NCBI GenBank assembly: GCA_030650795.1
Contig: JAUSDJ010000031.1
Span: 283,413 to 347,412, forward strand
Reading direction: 5' to 3'
Source of the DNA: Actinomycetota bacterium
Lineage (GTDB): Bacteria; Actinomycetota; Actinomycetes; S36-B12
Length of the DNA stretch: 64,000 nt
The translations under genes were made by a program, and so were the position numbers. Each line of letters opens with the position of its first letter. The stretch's first letter is position 1. This document shows positions 20,512-32,783 of the stretch, piece after piece. Under the pieces are notes generated by a model. That model did not search any database. It had not been told where the DNA came from and was given only the letters and a program-made list of their open reading frames with translations.

Positions 20512-22083
20512 CTAGCGAACGAAAACGCCGGCGTTGACGATCAGCTCGAGCAGCGGTTGCGGCACGATTCCCAGAAGGATGGTCACGGTGGCACCGGCAG
20601 CCAGAGCAATGGTCGTGAAGACGGAGGGGACGGCCACTGTGGCGGTGTCCTCCGTCGGATCGGTGAAGAACATCAAGACCACGACGCGAAGGTAGAAGAA
20701 GGCAGCGATCAACGAGGCGACTACGGCCACGATTACCAGCCAGGTATTGCCTGAGGCGATTGCCGCAGTGAACACGCTGAATTTCCCGATGAAACCGCTG
20801 GTCAGGGGGATGCCGGCCAGCGACAGCATGAACAGGGCGAAGACAGAAGCCACGAAGGGTGATTTGCGTCCCAAGCCAGCCCACTTGGAAAGGTGGGTAG
20901 CTTCGCCTGTGTCATCGCGCACCAACATGATGATGGCGAAGGCGCCGATGGTTGTGAAGGAGTAAGAGATCAAGTAGAAGATCGAACCTGCCAAACCTGC
21001 AGGCGATGCCGCGATGACACCCAGCAGGATGAAGCCAGCTTGCGCAATCGAGGAATAGGCCAGCATCCGCTTGATGTCGCTCTGGGTGAGCGCGATGATC
21101 GAGCCGACGAGCATGGTGAGAATCGCGATGACCCACATCATCGGAATCCAGTCCCAACGCATGCCGCCAAGGGCAACGTAGAACAGACGCAAGAGGGCAC
21201 CAAAGGCCGCGATCTTCACTGCGGCCGCCATGAAGCCCGTCAACGGGGTCGGCGCACCCTGGTAGACGTCTGGCGTCCACTGGTGGAAGGGCACGGCGCC
21301 GATCTTGAAGAGCAGACCAGCTGCAACAAGTGCAATGGCGATCAGGACGAGCGAACTCTGCCCCGGGATGGCCGAGAGCTTTTCGGCGATCACTGGGAAG
21401 GAGATCGAGCCGGAGAAGCCGTAGAGCAACGCTGACCCGTACAGGAAGAAGGCTGAAGAGAAGGCGCCAAGAACGAAGTACTTCAACGCAGCTTCCTGGG
21501 AGAGCAGGCGACGGCGACGGGCCATGCCGGCGAGCAGGTAGAGCGGCAAGGACATGACTTCAAGGGCCACGAACATCATCAGCAGGTCATTGGCTACCGG
21601 GAACAGCAGCATGCCGCCAACGGCAAACAGGAAGAAGGCCCAGATTTCGGTCTGGAAATAGCCGCGCGCAGTGAATTGACGCTCATCCTCAGACCCCGGG
21701 AGGGCGGAGGCCCGCGGGGCAAAGGCATCGCCGCTTGGATCAAGCCCGCGCTCAGCCATCAGCAGCGCACCAAGGATCGCGATGACCACGATCGTGGCCT
21801 GCATGATCAAGCCGGGACCATCAACAACCAGTGCACCTTGGCCGACGACTGCCCGATCGCCATGCAGGCTGATGATCGCGATCAGTGCGGCAATGAGCGT
21901 TGTGAACACCAGGATCAACTGCGTTGGGCGTCGTGCTGCTCGCGGCAGGAAGGCCTCGATGAGAACCGAGACAACGCCAGCGCCGAGCACGATCAGGATC
22001 GGAGCCAGCAGTCGATACTCGATCGTTGGCATCACCCAAGTAGTGGTGTCGGCCGCCTGGACCACGGCACTCACGGCGATCAC
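20512..22083 (-). CDS. nuoN: NADH-quinone oxidoreductase subunit N
   Basis: EAALKYFVLGAFSS, FKIGAVPFHQWTPDVYQGAP, KRMLAYSSI. Confidence 0.96.
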   Translation of the reverse strand: MIAVSAVVQAADTTTWVMPTIEYRLLAPILIVLGAGVVSVLIEAFLPRAARRPTQLILVFTTLIAALIAIISLHGDRAVVGQGALVVDGPGLIMQATIVVIAILGALLMAERGLDPSGDAFAPRASALPGSEDERQFTARGYFQTEIWAFFLFAVGGMLLFPVANDLLMMFVALEVMSLPLYLLAGMARRRRLLSQEAALKYFVLGAFSSAFFLYGSALLYGFSGSISFPVIAEKLSAIPGQSSLVLIAIALVAAGLLFKIGAVPFHQWTPDVYQGAPTPLTGFMAAAVKIAAFGALLRLFYVALGGMRWDWIPMMWVIAILTMLVGSIIALTQSDIKRMLAYSSIAQAGFILLGVIAASPAGLAGSIFYLISYSFTTIGAFAIIMLVRDDTGEATHLSKWAGLGRKSPFVASVFALFMLSLAGIPLTSGFIGKFSVFTAAIASGNTWLVIVAVVASLIAAFFYLRVVVLMFFTDPTEDTATVAVPSVFTTIALAAGATVTILLGIVPQPLLELIVNAGVFVR

Positions 22084-23645
22084 GGTTGGGTCCCTTCAGT
22101 GGTGGTGCTCGTCACGCCAATAGTCGGAGGCGGATCGGTTTGACCCGTGATGGACATGACGGTGTCGACGGCGGGATTGATGACATTCAGCAGAGGCGTC
22201 GGGTACAGCCCGAGGAAGATCGTCAAGGCAACAATCGGAATCAAGGCAGTGAACTCTCGCACCCCAAGATCCCTGATGCCTGCTAGGCCTTCACCAACTG
22301 AACCGGTCATCGACTTCTGGTAAACGCGCAGCACATAGGCAGCCGTGATGACGATGCCGAGAGTGGCGACGCCGCCCACCCACAAATACCGCTGGAAAGT
22401 GCCCAGCAGCACCATGAACTCGCCGATGAATGACACCAGCCCAGGCAGGGCCAAGGAGGACAGCGCGGCAAACAGGAAGAAGCCCGCCAAGACTGGTGCC
22501 GGCTTGTTCACACCGGAGTAATCCGACAGCAGGCTCGAACCGCGATGACGCTGCATCAGGAAGCCAGCAGTCAAGAAGAGCGCGGCGGTGGACAACCCAT
22601 GCGCCACCATGTACACAACGGAGCCGCTGATGCCGATCGTGGTGAAGGCGAAGATACCCAGCGCTATGAAGCCAAAGTGCGACATCGACGAGTAGGCGAA
22701 CAAGCGCTTCATGTCGTTTTGACCCAGCGCCACAAATGCGCCATAGAAGATGCCTACCAAAGCCATGCCAATGATCACCGGCGCATAGAACTCACTTGCG
22801 GCAGGGAAGATCGGCAGGCAGTAGCGGATCATGCCGAAGGTGCCGACCTTGTCGAGTACGCCAATCAGCAGTACCGCGGTGCCGGGCTTTGCCGCACTCG
22901 CTGCATCGGGAAGCCAGGTATGGAATGGCCACAAGGGAGCCTTGATTGCAAAGGCAAAGAAGAATCCAAGGAAGAGGATCTTCTGCGTTGCCGGATCAAT
23001 GTCGAGGCCAACGAGTTGGAACCAATTGAAGGTCCCCTGTCCTGAGATCTGGCCAGAGACAACGAACAAACCAATCATCGCTGCGAGCATGAACAAGCCG
23101 CCGAGGAGGCTGTAGATCAGGAACTTCATTGCCGCGTACGAACGCTCCGGGCCGCCGTAGCGCCCGATCATGAAGTAGACCGGAATCAGCATGGCTTCGA
23201 AGAAGACGTAGAAGAGGAATACGTCGGTGGCTGCGAAGACGCCGATCATCAAGGTCTCCAGCACCAAGATCAGAGCGAAGTAGCCCTTGACGCTGCCGAC
23301 CGTCTCGGAGTTCGGCTCTTCGACATCGTTCCACCCAGCAAGGATCGTGATCGGCACCAGAATTGCCGCCAGCGCAATCAGCACAAGGCCGATGCCATCG
23401 ACTCCCATGGAGTAGGTGATGCCAAAGGCCGGGATCCACTCGTGATATTCGACGAGCTGGAACGGCTCACTGGTGGAGCCGTTGAACTGCAAGGCAATGA
23501 CAACGGTCAACCCCAGAGCCACGACGGAGATGGCCAGCGCGAGTTGCTTCGCCAACAGCGGGCGCGATTTGGGCAGCAAGGCCACCACAACACTGCCGAC
23601 AAGCGGCACGGCTGCGAGAACGGTCAGCCAGGGGAACTCGTTCAC
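22080..23645 (-). CDS. nuoM: NADH-quinone oxidoreductase subunit M
   Basis: FYVFFEAMLIP, KAPLWPFHTWLPDA, KRLFAYSS; GTG at 23645 overlaps nuoL stop. Confidence 0.96.
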   Translation of the reverse strand: MNEFPWLTVLAAVPLVGSVVVALLPKSRPLLAKQLALAISVVALGLTVVIALQFNGSTSEPFQLVEYHEWIPAFGITYSMGVDGIGLVLIALAAILVPITILAGWNDVEEPNSETVGSVKGYFALILVLETLMIGVFAATDVFLFYVFFEAMLIPVYFMIGRYGGPERSYAAMKFLIYSLLGGLFMLAAMIGLFVVSGQISGQGTFNWFQLVGLDIDPATQKILFLGFFFAFAIKAPLWPFHTWLPDAASAAKPGTAVLLIGVLDKVGTFGMIRYCLPIFPAASEFYAPVIIGMALVGIFYGAFVALGQNDMKRLFAYSSMSHFGFIALGIFAFTTIGISGSVVYMVAHGLSTAALFLTAGFLMQRHRGSSLLSDYSGVNKPAPVLAGFFLFAALSSLALPGLVSFIGEFMVLLGTFQRYLWVGGVATLGIVITAAYVLRVYQKSMTGSVGEGLAGIRDLGVREFTALIPIVALTIFLGLYPTPLLNVINPAVDTVMSITGQTDPPPTIGVTSTTTEGTQP

Positions 23646-25537
23646 GAAAGCCTCACCAGTACCAGTGCCAGGACAACCAAGACGGCGCCACCGACCATCG
23701 AAAGTGCATAGGAACGGATGAAGCCGGTCTGGTACTTGCGCATGCGTCCTGACAATCCGCCAACTGCAGCTGCACTGCCATTGACGAAGCCGTCGACCCA
23801 GGCGTTGTCGAACCACACCAGGAAGCGCGACAACCAGAAGGAGGGCTGCACGACCAGGACATCATTGATCGCATTGCCATACAGCTCGGCACGAGCCGCA
23901 CGTGTGAGCAGGTTGCCATGCGGCTCGGCGACGGGGACCTCCCGGCGGGCGTACTGAATCCATCCGAACGCAGCACCAGCGAGGACGACCGCCAGCGTGA
24001 TGACCATCAACAGGATTTCTGGGATCGCGATTTCGTGCTCCTGGTAGCCGACAACAGGCTCAAGCCAAGTTTCGATATTCCCCCAGAACAGCAGCGCCAT
24101 GCCCAGGAAGGTCGCCCCGATGGCCAAGATGATCAACGGGATGGTCATCACAGCCGGTGACTCATGCGGATGCGCATCGTCTTCCCAGCGCGCCTTGCCG
24201 AAGAAGGTCATCGCGACCATGCGAGTCATGTAGAAGCCTGTGATGCCAGCAGCAAGCACGGTGCACACGCCAACCAGGTTGTTGCTCTCAAATGCCGCGT
24301 GAACGATGCTGTCTTTAGACCAGAAGCCCGAGAACGGCGGGATGCCCATGATCGACAAGGTGCAGATCAAGAAGGTGCCGAAGGTAATCACCATCAGCGC
24401 GCGCAATGCACCATAACGACGCATGTTCACGTTGTCCTTCATTCCGTGCATGACCGAGCCCGCACCAAGGAAGAGTCCAGCTTTGAACACACCGTGGGTC
24501 AGCAGGTGGAAGATGGCGAAGACGTAGCCGACCGGCCCCAGGCCGGCCGCGATCACCATGTAACCGATCTGGCTCATCGTGGAACCCGCAAGAGACTTCT
24601 TGATGTCGTCTTTGGCGCAACCGATGATCGCGCCCATGAACATAGTGATCACCCCAATCACGACAACAGCTGTCGCAGCCCAGGCAGCAGCATCGAAGAT
24701 CGCATTGCTACGCGTGATCAAGTACACGCCAGCGGTGACCATGGTCGCCGCGTGAATCAGTGCCGAGACCGGAGTTGGGCCCTCCATTGCATCAAGCAAC
24801 CAAGCCTGCAGCGGGAACTGCGCAGACTTGCCGCAAGCAGCCAAGAGAAACAGCAGGCCAATGGCCGTGAGCGTGCCTTCACTTGCCTGTCCGGTGCTGC
24901 TGAAGACATCCTGGAAGGAGACCGACCCGAAGGTCACGAACAGGACCATGATCGCCAGACTCAGGCCGACGTCACCAACTCGGTTGATGATGAATGCCTT
25001 CTTGGCGGCAGCTGCCGCAGCCGGCTTGTACTGCCAGAAGCCGATGAGCAGATAACTCGCAAGACCAACGCCTTCCCAGCCGACATACATCAGCAGGTAG
25101 TTGTTGGCCAGAACGAGCAAGAGCATCGCTGCAACGAAGAGATTCAGGTAGCCGAAGAACTTGCGACGATCAGGGTCGTGGCTCATGTAGCCAAGTGAGT
25201 AGATGTGAATCAGCGAACCGACAATGGTGATCAGCAGCACGAAGACCATTGAGAGCTGATCAAGTTGGAAGGCCATGTCGACCTTGAAACTTCCCGCAAA
25301 GACCCAGCTGTAGATGTTGTCGTTGAAAGTCCGATCTTCAGCGCCTTGGCCCATCATCTCCACGAGCATCCAGATCGCCAGGCAGGCGTCGACCACAACA
25401 GTGAAGACGCCCAGATATGGCCCCCACTTATTGGTCGTGCGCCCACCGAGCAGCAGGATCGCCGCGCCAACCAGTGGCAGCGCAATCAGCAACCACAGCA
25501 GCGAGAACACGCCGGTCGCCGGCATCAACTCTTGCAC
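23642..25537 (-). CDS. nuoL: NADH-quinone oxidoreductase subunit L
   Basis: GWEGVGLASYLLIGFW, GKSAQFPLQAWLLDAMEGPTPVSALIHAATMV. Confidence 0.97.
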   Translation of the reverse strand: MQELMPATGVFSLLWLLIALPLVGAAILLLGGRTTNKWGPYLGVFTVVVDACLAIWMLVEMMGQGAEDRTFNDNIYSWVFAGSFKVDMAFQLDQLSMVFVLLITIVGSLIHIYSLGYMSHDPDRRKFFGYLNLFVAAMLLLVLANNYLLMYVGWEGVGLASYLLIGFWQYKPAAAAAAKKAFIINRVGDVGLSLAIMVLFVTFGSVSFQDVFSSTGQASEGTLTAIGLLFLLAACGKSAQFPLQAWLLDAMEGPTPVSALIHAATMVTAGVYLITRSNAIFDAAAWAATAVVVIGVITMFMGAIIGCAKDDIKKSLAGSTMSQIGYMVIAAGLGPVGYVFAIFHLLTHGVFKAGLFLGAGSVMHGMKDNVNMRRYGALRALMVITFGTFLICTLSIMGIPPFSGFWSKDSIVHAAFESNNLVGVCTVLAAGITGFYMTRMVAMTFFGKARWEDDAHPHESPAVMTIPLIILAIGATFLGMALLFWGNIETWLEPVVGYQEHEIAIPEILLMVITLAVVLAGAAFGWIQYARREVPVAEPHGNLLTRAARAELYGNAINDVLVVQPSFWLSRFLVWFDNAWVDGFVNGSAAAVGGLSGRMRKYQTGFIRSYALSMVGGAVLVVLALVLVRLS

Positions 25538-25552
25538 GTGAGTTTCCTTGTC

Positions 25553-25852
25553 CTAGTACTTCAGCAGATTGGGTTCGTCGATGGACGCAGAACGGCGCGA
25601 TCGGAAGATCTGGACGATTATCGCCAGACCAACCACGACCTCGGCAGCGGCAACCACCATCACAAAGAAGGCGACCACCTGACCATCGAGATTGCCGTTC
25701 ATGCGAGCGAAGGCAACGAACGCCAGGTTCGAGGCGTTCAACATGAGTTCCACACTCATGAACACCACGATCGCGTTGCGTCGTACCAGCACGCCCAGTG
25801 CTCCGATACCGAACAGCAGAGCCGAAAGAACGACGTAATTGGAGGGATTCAC
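25553..25852 (-). CDS. nuoK: NADH-quinone oxidoreductase subunit K
   Basis: [28 protein letters not shown]. Confidence 0.97.
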   Translation of the reverse strand: MNPSNYVVLSALLFGIGALGVLVRRNAIVVFMSVELMLNASNLAFVAFARMNGNLDGQVVAFFVMVVAAAEVVVGLAIIVQIFRSRRSASIDEPNLLKY

Positions 25853-26619
25853 AGCGAATCAGCCTCCTCGATTGCGTGAACGTCCTCGATATCAACTGGC
25901 GCTATGTCGCCGCGCGCGCGCAGCGCCCCAGGGATGCTGAGTTCGGTTGGCGAGCCATCCGGAAGCAATGCGGGAGTATCGACGGCGTTGTGGCGCGCGT
26001 AAATACCGGGGTTGGGACGATTGCCCGGATGCTCATCGCCCAGGAATCGAGCCTTCGACAGCTCTGCCTGAGTTGGCTTGGGCTTCCAGTGTTCGCGGTG
26101 CGCCAGAACCATAGCGCCAAGGGCCGCGGTGATGAGCAGAGCCGAAGTGACCTCGAAGACCACCAGAAAGTCAGTGAAGATCAGACGCGCGACACCCGGC
26201 ACGTTGCCGCCGTCTGTTCGGTTCGCAAACTCCAGACCCGTCGCCGGAATTCCAGCGAGCGAGCTGCCCACGCCCCAGACCAAAATAAGGATCAAAGCCA
26301 AGCCAAGCAGCATGGCTGCCCAGCGCTGGCCCTTTATGGTCTCAATGAGCGAGTCAGAAGCATCAACTCCAACGACCATGATGACGAATAGGAACAGCAT
26401 CATCACGGCGCCGGTGTAGACGATGATCTGCGCCATACCCAGGAACGGTGCTGAGTTCGTGATGTACAGAACGGCCAAGGTGATCATTGTCAGCGCCATC
26501 CACAACGCGCTGTGCACTGCCTTGCGCGAGGTGATCAAGCCAATGGCTCCAAGAACCGAGAGCACTGCGCAGACCCAGAAGACAACGGCTTCTCCGGTGT
26601 TGGTCGGGGTGTCGATCAC
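25849..26619 (-). CDS. nuoJ: NADH-quinone oxidoreductase subunit J
   Basis: [32 protein letters not shown]. Confidence 0.95.
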   Translation of the reverse strand: MIDTPTNTGEAVVFWVCAVLSVLGAIGLITSRKAVHSALWMALTMITLAVLYITNSAPFLGMAQIIVYTGAVMMLFLFVIMVVGVDASDSLIETIKGQRWAAMLLGLALILILVWGVGSSLAGIPATGLEFANRTDGGNVPGVARLIFTDFLVVFEVTSALLITAALGAMVLAHREHWKPKPTQAELSKARFLGDEHPGNRPNPGIYARHNAVDTPALLPDGSPTELSIPGALRARGDIAPVDIEDVHAIEEADSL

Positions 26620-27158
26620 GGGTTCACCCCCTGATCAACAACGTCAGCTCCCTTGATCCGATTCGCGTAGTAATCCTGCTCCGTTGATCCCTCGACCATG
26701 GCGTGTGGCGGGGCGACCATGCCCGGCAGCATTGGAGCCAGAAGGTCCTTCTTCTCAAAGATGAGATCTGCGCGATTGTTGTCAGCAAGTTCAAAGACAT
26801 TGGTCATCGTCAGCGCACGAGTTGGGCAGGCCTCAATGCACAGGCCGCAGAAGATGCAGCGGGTGTAGTTGATCTGGTAGACGCGGCCATAGCGCTCCCC
26901 TGGCGAGAATCGCTCGTCTTCGGTATTGGCGGCACCCTCGACCAGAATCGCATCGGCCGGGCAAGCCCACGCACACAACTCGCAGCCCACGCACTTCTCC
27001 AGGCCATCTGACCAGCGGTTGAGCTGATGACGACCATGGAAGCGGGGCTTGGGCGGGAACTTCGCAGCATCCTCGGGGTACTGCTCTGTGACCACCTTCT
27101 TGAACATGGTGCGGAAGGTGACCCAGAATCCCCGGACTGCTTGGGGCAGCTCAGCCAT
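26616..27158 (-). CDS. nuoI: NADH-quinone oxidoreductase subunit I
   Basis: [12 protein letters not shown] and [12 protein letters not shown]; ATG at 27158. Confidence 0.97.
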   Translation of the reverse strand: MAELPQAVRGFWVTFRTMFKKVVTEQYPEDAAKFPPKPRFHGRHQLNRWSDGLEKCVGCELCAWACPADAILVEGAANTEDERFSPGERYGRVYQINYTRCIFCGLCIEACPTRALTMTNVFELADNNRADLIFEKKDLLAPMLPGMVAPPHAMVEGSTEQDYYANRIKGADVVDQGVNP

Positions 27159-28452
27159 CGATGGCCTCCTGCGTAGTGATGGTTGACGGGCCACGGCGGC
27201 TGGTCAGATTCGACTCCTGGCCCGGCATTGGAGGTATTGGGTAGCCGCCGGCCATCGCATCAAATGGTTGAACTGCGGTCTCGGCGGCATCCAGTTCATC
27301 AGCTGCAGCCTTGCGATCGGCTCGGGCTTGCAGCAACCAAGAAGCCGCGAGCAGGACGCCGATGACGATCGCTCCGCTCACCAGAATCTCGGTCGTATTC
27401 AACGTGACCTCATTGCGCAATGCGCGTGCGGTGGCAACAATCAGGATCCACGCGATCGAGACTGGGATCAGCACCTTCCAGCCAAACTTCATGAACTGGT
27501 CGTAGCGCAGGCGAGGCAAAGTGCCGCGCAGCCAGATGAAGATGAAGATGAAGATCTGCACCTTGGCCAGCCACCAAAGGATTGGCCAATAGTCAGTATT
27601 CGAGGCCTCCCACAAAGACAATGGCCATGGAGCCCGCCAGCCACCCAAGAACAAGGTGGTCGCCAATGCCGAGACCGTCACCATGTTGATGTACTCGGCC
27701 AAGAAGAAGAGCGCGAACTTCATCGAGGAGTACTCAGTGTGGAAACCGCCGACGAGCTCGCCTTCTGCCTCGGGAAGGTCGAAGGGTGCGCGGTTGGTCT
27801 CACCCACCATTGCCGTGACGTAGATCAAGAAGGAAGGCAGCAGGATGACCGCGAACCAGACTGGCTCCTGCGCGCTCACAATTTCAGAGGTAGACATTGA
27901 ACCCGCGTAGAGGAACACCGCGACGAAGGACAAGCCCATCGCGATCTCGTAGGAGATCATCTGTGCGCTGGAGCGCAGCCCACCAAGCAGTGGATAGGTG
28001 GAGCCGGATGCCCAGCCAGCCAGGACGATGCCGTAGATGCCAATTGACGCAATCGCAAGCACGTACAGCACGGAGACCGGGAAATCGGTGAGTTGCAGCG
28101 GGGTGTAGACGCCAAACATATTCACGACCGGGCCGAACGGAATCACTGCGAAAGCGACAAAGGCCATCGTCGCTGAGATGATCGGCGCGATCCAATACAC
28201 CGCAAGGTGCACACCCTTGGGAACGATCTCTTCCTTCAATGCGAGCTTCACGCCGTCCATCAAGGACTGCAGCAGCCCGAAGGGACCAACGCGGTTTGGT
28301 CCGATGCGGTTCTGCATGCGAGACACCACGCGACGTTCCCACCAGATCGTGAACAAGGTGAGCAGCACGAGCATCACGAAGATGCCAAGCACCTTGACGA
28401 TCACGATCCACCAAGGATCAGTGCCGAAGAATCCGAACTGGCCGTCGGTCAT
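27151..28452 (-). CDS. nuoH: NADH-quinone oxidoreductase subunit H
   Basis: [49 protein letters not shown]. Confidence 0.97.
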   Translation of the reverse strand: MTDGQFGFFGTDPWWIVIVKVLGIFVMLVLLTLFTIWWERRVVSRMQNRIGPNRVGPFGLLQSLMDGVKLALKEEIVPKGVHLAVYWIAPIISATMAFVAFAVIPFGPVVNMFGVYTPLQLTDFPVSVLYVLAIASIGIYGIVLAGWASGSTYPLLGGLRSSAQMISYEIAMGLSFVAVFLYAGSMSTSEIVSAQEPVWFAVILLPSFLIYVTAMVGETNRAPFDLPEAEGELVGGFHTEYSSMKFALFFLAEYINMVTVSALATTLFLGGWRAPWPLSLWEASNTDYWPILWWLAKVQIFIFIFIWLRGTLPRLRYDQFMKFGWKVLIPVSIAWILIVATARALRNEVTLNTTEILVSGAIVIGVLLAASWLLQARADRKAAADELDAAETAVQPFDAMAGGYPIPPMPGQESNLTSRRGPSTITTQEAIDG

Positions 28453-30806
28453 GCCGCACCTCCAGCAGTGACGTCAACAGCAGCGCCAACGCGCGCGCCG
28501 AGATCTGTGTAGATCGAGCAGCCAGGAGCATTCATCGGGACGAAGACGACATTGTCGAGAACATCACCGACTTCAACTGGCAAGTGCACTGAGCCAAGGG
28601 GGCCGGTGACCATGACTCTGGCTGGCGACCCGAGCTTGGCGAACGCTGAGGCAGAAAGAACGGCCGCGACTGGACGCGCTGTGGCAGCGAGATGTGGTTC
28701 GCCCTCTTGCATGACACCGGCATCGAGCAGTTCTCGCCACGAGGCAAGACGGAATCCGGATTCGGATGCTGCGGGCGAGGCGAGATTTGGAGCCTCGGCG
28801 CGGGGGCCGGCCCATGAGCCAAGTCCCGCGAGTTCGCGTCGAATGCCCGGGCCATCCCAAGCACCAGCAGTGACTCCCATTGCCCGAGCGATCATGCCGA
28901 GCACGGTGGCGTCGCTCATCGCCAATGCGTCCTTGAATACTTGGGCGAAGGGACGAGCGCGACCTTCCCAGTCAACGAAGGTGCCTGACTTCTCGGTGAC
29001 CAGAGCAACAGGAAGCACCACATCAGCGAACTCAGTGATCTCCGAGTGATGGTGGTCCAAAGACACGATGAACGATGTTCGCTCAAGAGCCGCGTCGGTG
29101 ACAAACGGCGAGGGTATATCGGCGGGATCAACTCCTGCGATAATCAGCGCCTTCAAAGCGCGACGGCTTGCGGCGTCAAGAACTTCAGCTGCAGCAGCGC
29201 TAGGCAAGGCATCAGCGCTGATACCCCAAGCTGCGGCAACTTCATTTCGCGCTTGCGAATCGGTGAGCGGACGTCCGCCGGGCAACAGGCCCGCAAGTGC
29301 TCCGGCATCCAGTGCTCCGCGCTCGCCGGCGCGACGAGGCACCCAAGCCAGCGCAGCACCGGTAGCCGCAGCCAACTCACTTACGGCCGAGGGGGCACCC
29401 ACACTTGCAGCGATGCGCTCGCCGACAAGAATGACAGCGCCTGGTTGTGCAAGAGCCTCGCGAATGTCTGCTGAGAGTTCACGGATTGCCAATGCTTCTT
29501 CACCAGGTACGACAGACAGCAGAGTGCCGCCGAGCTTGGCCAGGCCCTTGGAGCCTCGAGTAGCAATGCTGGTCACGCGAGTGACGGACTTGCGAAGGCG
29601 CAGAAAGACGATCGGCGACTCATCTTCAGGCTCGAAGGCAATGAGCAGAACGAACGGTGCCTGCTCAAGAGACGCATATGTCGTGGTGAGCGACGAGCCA
29701 GCAACAAGGGCGCGAAGGAACTGGGCTTCTTCTTCGGAATGCGCACGCGAACGGAAGTCAATGTGATCAGTGCCCAGAACTCCACGCGCAAACTTCGCGT
29801 AGCCGTAGGCGTCTTCTTGAGTGAGCCGACCGCCGGTGAGAACACCAGTTGCCGAACCCGCTGCTGCGAGCCCACGCGCCGCAACATCGATCGCCTCTGG
29901 CCACGAAGCGGGACGAAGTTCGCCATCCTCGCGAATGAGGGGCGTGGTGATGCGGCTCTCGGTGAGGTAGGCGAAGGCGAAACGACCCTTGTCGCAGTTC
30001 CAGTCTTCGTTGACTTCTGGGGTTTCCCAAGCCAGGCGGCGGGTGACTTCACCACGTCGGGAGTCTGTGCGCAAGGAGCAACCCGAAGCGCAGTGCTCAC
30101 ATGTGGTGGGCGTGGACACAAGGTCAAAGGGACGCGATCGGAATCGGTACTCGGCGCTGGTCAAAGCGCCGACCGGGCAAATCTGAATGGTGTTGCCAGA
30201 GAAGTAGGAATTGAAGGGCTCACCGGTGGCAATGCCGACCTGCTGATTCGAGCCACGCTCGAGCAGCTCGATCATCGGGTCACCAGCGATCTGCCCAGAG
30301 AATCGCGTGCATCGGGCGCATGAAACACAGCGCTCGCGGTCGAGCAGGATCTGTGCGCTGATGGGGATTGGCTTGTCGAAGGTGCGCTTCTCGCCATCGA
30401 AGCGTGACTCTGCACGACCCGCTGACATTGCTTGGTTCTGCAGTGGGCATTCGCCGCCCTTGTCACAGACCGGGCAATCAAGTGGGTGGTTGAGAAGCAG
30501 GAATTCGAGCACGCCCTCTTGCGCGTCACGAGCAACGGGCGAGGATTGCTGGGTGCGGATGGTCATGCCGTCGCTGACCACCTGCGCGCACGCTGGCTGC
30601 GGCTTGGGCATGCCCTCGACCTCGATGAGGCAGGCTCGACAGGCGGCTACTGGCTCAAGCAATGGGTGATCGCAGAAGCGTGGAATTTCAACGCCGATCA
30701 TCTCCGCGGCACGAATTGCCAGAGTTCCCTTAGGAACCTGCAACTCCACGCCATCGATGGTGACACTGATGGTCGCCACTACTTCTTGCTTGAGAATTTC
30801 AGTCAT
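28449..30806 (-). CDS. nuoG: NADH-quinone oxidoreductase subunit G
   Basis: [56 protein letters not shown]. Confidence 0.97.
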   Translation of the reverse strand: MTEILKQEVVATISVTIDGVELQVPKGTLAIRAAEMIGVEIPRFCDHPLLEPVAACRACLIEVEGMPKPQPACAQVVSDGMTIRTQQSSPVARDAQEGVLEFLLLNHPLDCPVCDKGGECPLQNQAMSAGRAESRFDGEKRTFDKPIPISAQILLDRERCVSCARCTRFSGQIAGDPMIELLERGSNQQVGIATGEPFNSYFSGNTIQICPVGALTSAEYRFRSRPFDLVSTPTTCEHCASGCSLRTDSRRGEVTRRLAWETPEVNEDWNCDKGRFAFAYLTESRITTPLIREDGELRPASWPEAIDVAARGLAAAGSATGVLTGGRLTQEDAYGYAKFARGVLGTDHIDFRSRAHSEEEAQFLRALVAGSSLTTTYASLEQAPFVLLIAFEPEDESPIVFLRLRKSVTRVTSIATRGSKGLAKLGGTLLSVVPGEEALAIRELSADIREALAQPGAVILVGERIAASVGAPSAVSELAAATGAALAWVPRRAGERGALDAGALAGLLPGGRPLTDSQARNEVAAAWGISADALPSAAAAEVLDAASRRALKALIIAGVDPADIPSPFVTDAALERTSFIVSLDHHHSEITEFADVVLPVALVTEKSGTFVDWEGRARPFAQVFKDALAMSDATVLGMIARAMGVTAGAWDGPGIRRELAGLGSWAGPRAEAPNLASPAASESGFRLASWRELLDAGVMQEGEPHLAATARPVAAVLSASAFAKLGSPARVMVTGPLGSVHLPVEVGDVLDNVVFVPMNAPGCSIYTDLGARVGAAVDVTAGGAA

Positions 30807-32107
30807 CGCGCAACGGCTCCCGCAAAGACATAAGAGGCCACCGGATCGAACTGCTCGTCAACCGGGGTCTGGGTGGCCGCGATGAATTCATCACGGAAGT
30901 ACTGCAGTGCTGCAGGAAACGGCGTTGCCGCAGCGTCACCAAGGGCGCAGAAGGATCGACCAGCAATCTGATTGCATGCACTGACGAGCAGATCCAGATC
31001 GGATTCCGCGCCGTGTCCGTGCTCAAAGGTTTCCAAGATGCCGGTGATCCAGTAGGTGCCCTCGCGACAGGGAGTGCACTTGCCGCAGGACTCATGCTTG
31101 TAGAACTCCAACCATCGACTGACGGCCTTGACCACACTGACCGTGGTGTCGAAGATCATCGGTGTGCCCGTGCCGAGCATGGTTCCGGCGGCGGCCATTT
31201 CTTCGTAGGCCATTGGGATGTCAAGGTGATCGGGAGTCAGCATCGGCACTGAAGATCCACCCGGCAGCCAGAACTTCACCTCGCCGCCATTGCGAACCCC
31301 GCCGGCGTAGTCCAAGAGTTCGCGCATCGTGATGCCCAGCGGAGCTTCGTAGATGCCTGGACGATTCACATGGCCCGAAACCGCCCACACCTTGAAACCA
31401 GGTGACTTTTCAGTGCCGAACTGACGGAACCAATCGACACCGCGATCAAGGATGTAGGGGATATTGCAGATGGTCTCGACGTTGTTGATCACTGTTGGCG
31501 ATGCGTACAGGCCCGCGACTGCTGGAAACGGTGGCTTCAAGCGCGGCTGACCGCGGAAGCCCTCGAGAGAATCCAAGAGCGCTGTTTCTTCGCCACAGAT
31601 GTATGCACCCGCACCGGCGTGCACCACGAGCTCGAGATCGAAACCACTACCGAGGATGTTCTTGCCGAGATAGCCAGCACGACGTGCTTCGGCTGCTGCG
31701 CTTGCAACCTTGCGCAGAGCATTGGGCACCTCACCACGGATGTAGATGAAGGCATGACTGGCACGAATGGCAAAAGCAGAGATGATGACGCCTTCAACCA
31801 GCGCATGCGGGTTGGCCATCATGATCGGAATGTCCTTGCAGGCACCCGGCTCTGACTCATCGGCGTTGACCACCAAGTAGTGCGGCTTGCCGTCGTTCTG
31901 CGGAACGAAACTCCACTTCAAGCCGGTAGGGAAGCCAGCGCCTCCGCGTCCGCGAAGTCCGGAATCCTTGATCGTGGTGACGATCGAGTCAGGATCAAGA
32001 GTGAGTGCATTCTGCAGGGCTCGGTAGCCACCAAAGCGCTTGTAGCCATCGATCGTGTAGAGATCTGGAACATCCCAGTGCTCAGTGATGACTGGAGTCA
32101 GCGACAT
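30803..32107 (-). CDS. nuoF: NADH-quinone oxidoreductase subunit F
   Basis: GLRGRGGAGFPTG, NADESEPG, GAYICGEETAL, CGKCTPCREG. Confidence 0.97.
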   Translation of the reverse strand: MSLTPVITEHWDVPDLYTIDGYKRFGGYRALQNALTLDPDSIVTTIKDSGLRGRGGAGFPTGLKWSFVPQNDGKPHYLVVNADESEPGACKDIPIMMANPHALVEGVIISAFAIRASHAFIYIRGEVPNALRKVASAAAEARRAGYLGKNILGSGFDLELVVHAGAGAYICGEETALLDSLEGFRGQPRLKPPFPAVAGLYASPTVINNVETICNIPYILDRGVDWFRQFGTEKSPGFKVWAVSGHVNRPGIYEAPLGITMRELLDYAGGVRNGGEVKFWLPGGSSVPMLTPDHLDIPMAYEEMAAAGTMLGTGTPMIFDTTVSVVKAVSRWLEFYKHESCGKCTPCREGTYWITGILETFEHGHGAESDLDLLVSACNQIAGRSFCALGDAAATPFPAALQYFRDEFIAATQTPVDEQFDPVASYVFAGAVAR

Positions 32108-32109
32108 GT

Positions 32110-32763
32110 TCAGCTCTCCTGTCCGGGCGTTGGGGCAGACATGTTGTGCTCCTTGGCATAGCGCAATCCGGCGAGCATCTTGTCGTCAACTGAGTTGCCT
32201 TCACCGGCCAGTCCGTCATCGGGAAAGGCCAAGCTGAACTGAGTTGCCCGAAAATCGCGGATGACTGGACCGCGAGTGGATTCAACTTGCTCGCCCCGAG
32301 CCAGTCGCTCGACCACCCCAACGGCAGAAGTAGGAGTGACGTCGTCCATGAACTCCCAGTCGACTGTCATCACTGGTGCATGTGTGCAAGCGGCTTGGCA
32401 TTCGATGCGCTCAAGAGAGAAGCCGCCATCGGCAGTGGGTTCGTTGTGGCCAACGCCGAGATGCTCTGACAGGGCGTCGTAGACAGCGTCGCCTCCAAGC
32501 AATGCGCACAGGGTGTTCGTGCACACGCCGATATGGTGCTTGCCGACCGGCTTGCGCTTGTACATCGTGTAGAAGGTCGAGACGCTAGTGACCTCGGCAG
32601 GTGTGAGGCCAAGAACTTCGGCACAGATCGCGATGCCTTCAGTCGTGACCTCGCCTTGTTCGCTTTGCACAAGGTGCAGCATCGGCAGCAGCGCTGAACG
32701 CGATTTCGGGTAGAGCCCGGCAAGCTCGCGCAGGCGCTCAATGGTCTGTTCGCTGATGGCCAT
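32110..32763 (-). CDS. nuoE: NADH-quinone oxidoreductase subunit E
   Basis: STFYTMY, VCTNTLC, ECQAAC [2Fe-2S] ligands. Confidence 0.96.
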   Translation of the reverse strand: MAISEQTIERLRELAGLYPKSRSALLPMLHLVQSEQGEVTTEGIAICAEVLGLTPAEVTSVSTFYTMYKRKPVGKHHIGVCTNTLCALLGGDAVYDALSEHLGVGHNEPTADGGFSLERIECQAACTHAPVMTVDWEFMDDVTPTSAVGVVERLARGEQVESTRGPVIRDFRATQFSLAFPDDGLAGEGNSVDDKMLAGLRYAKEHNMSAPTPGQES

Positions 32764-32783
32764 GTCTCTTCCTCTCGATCGCG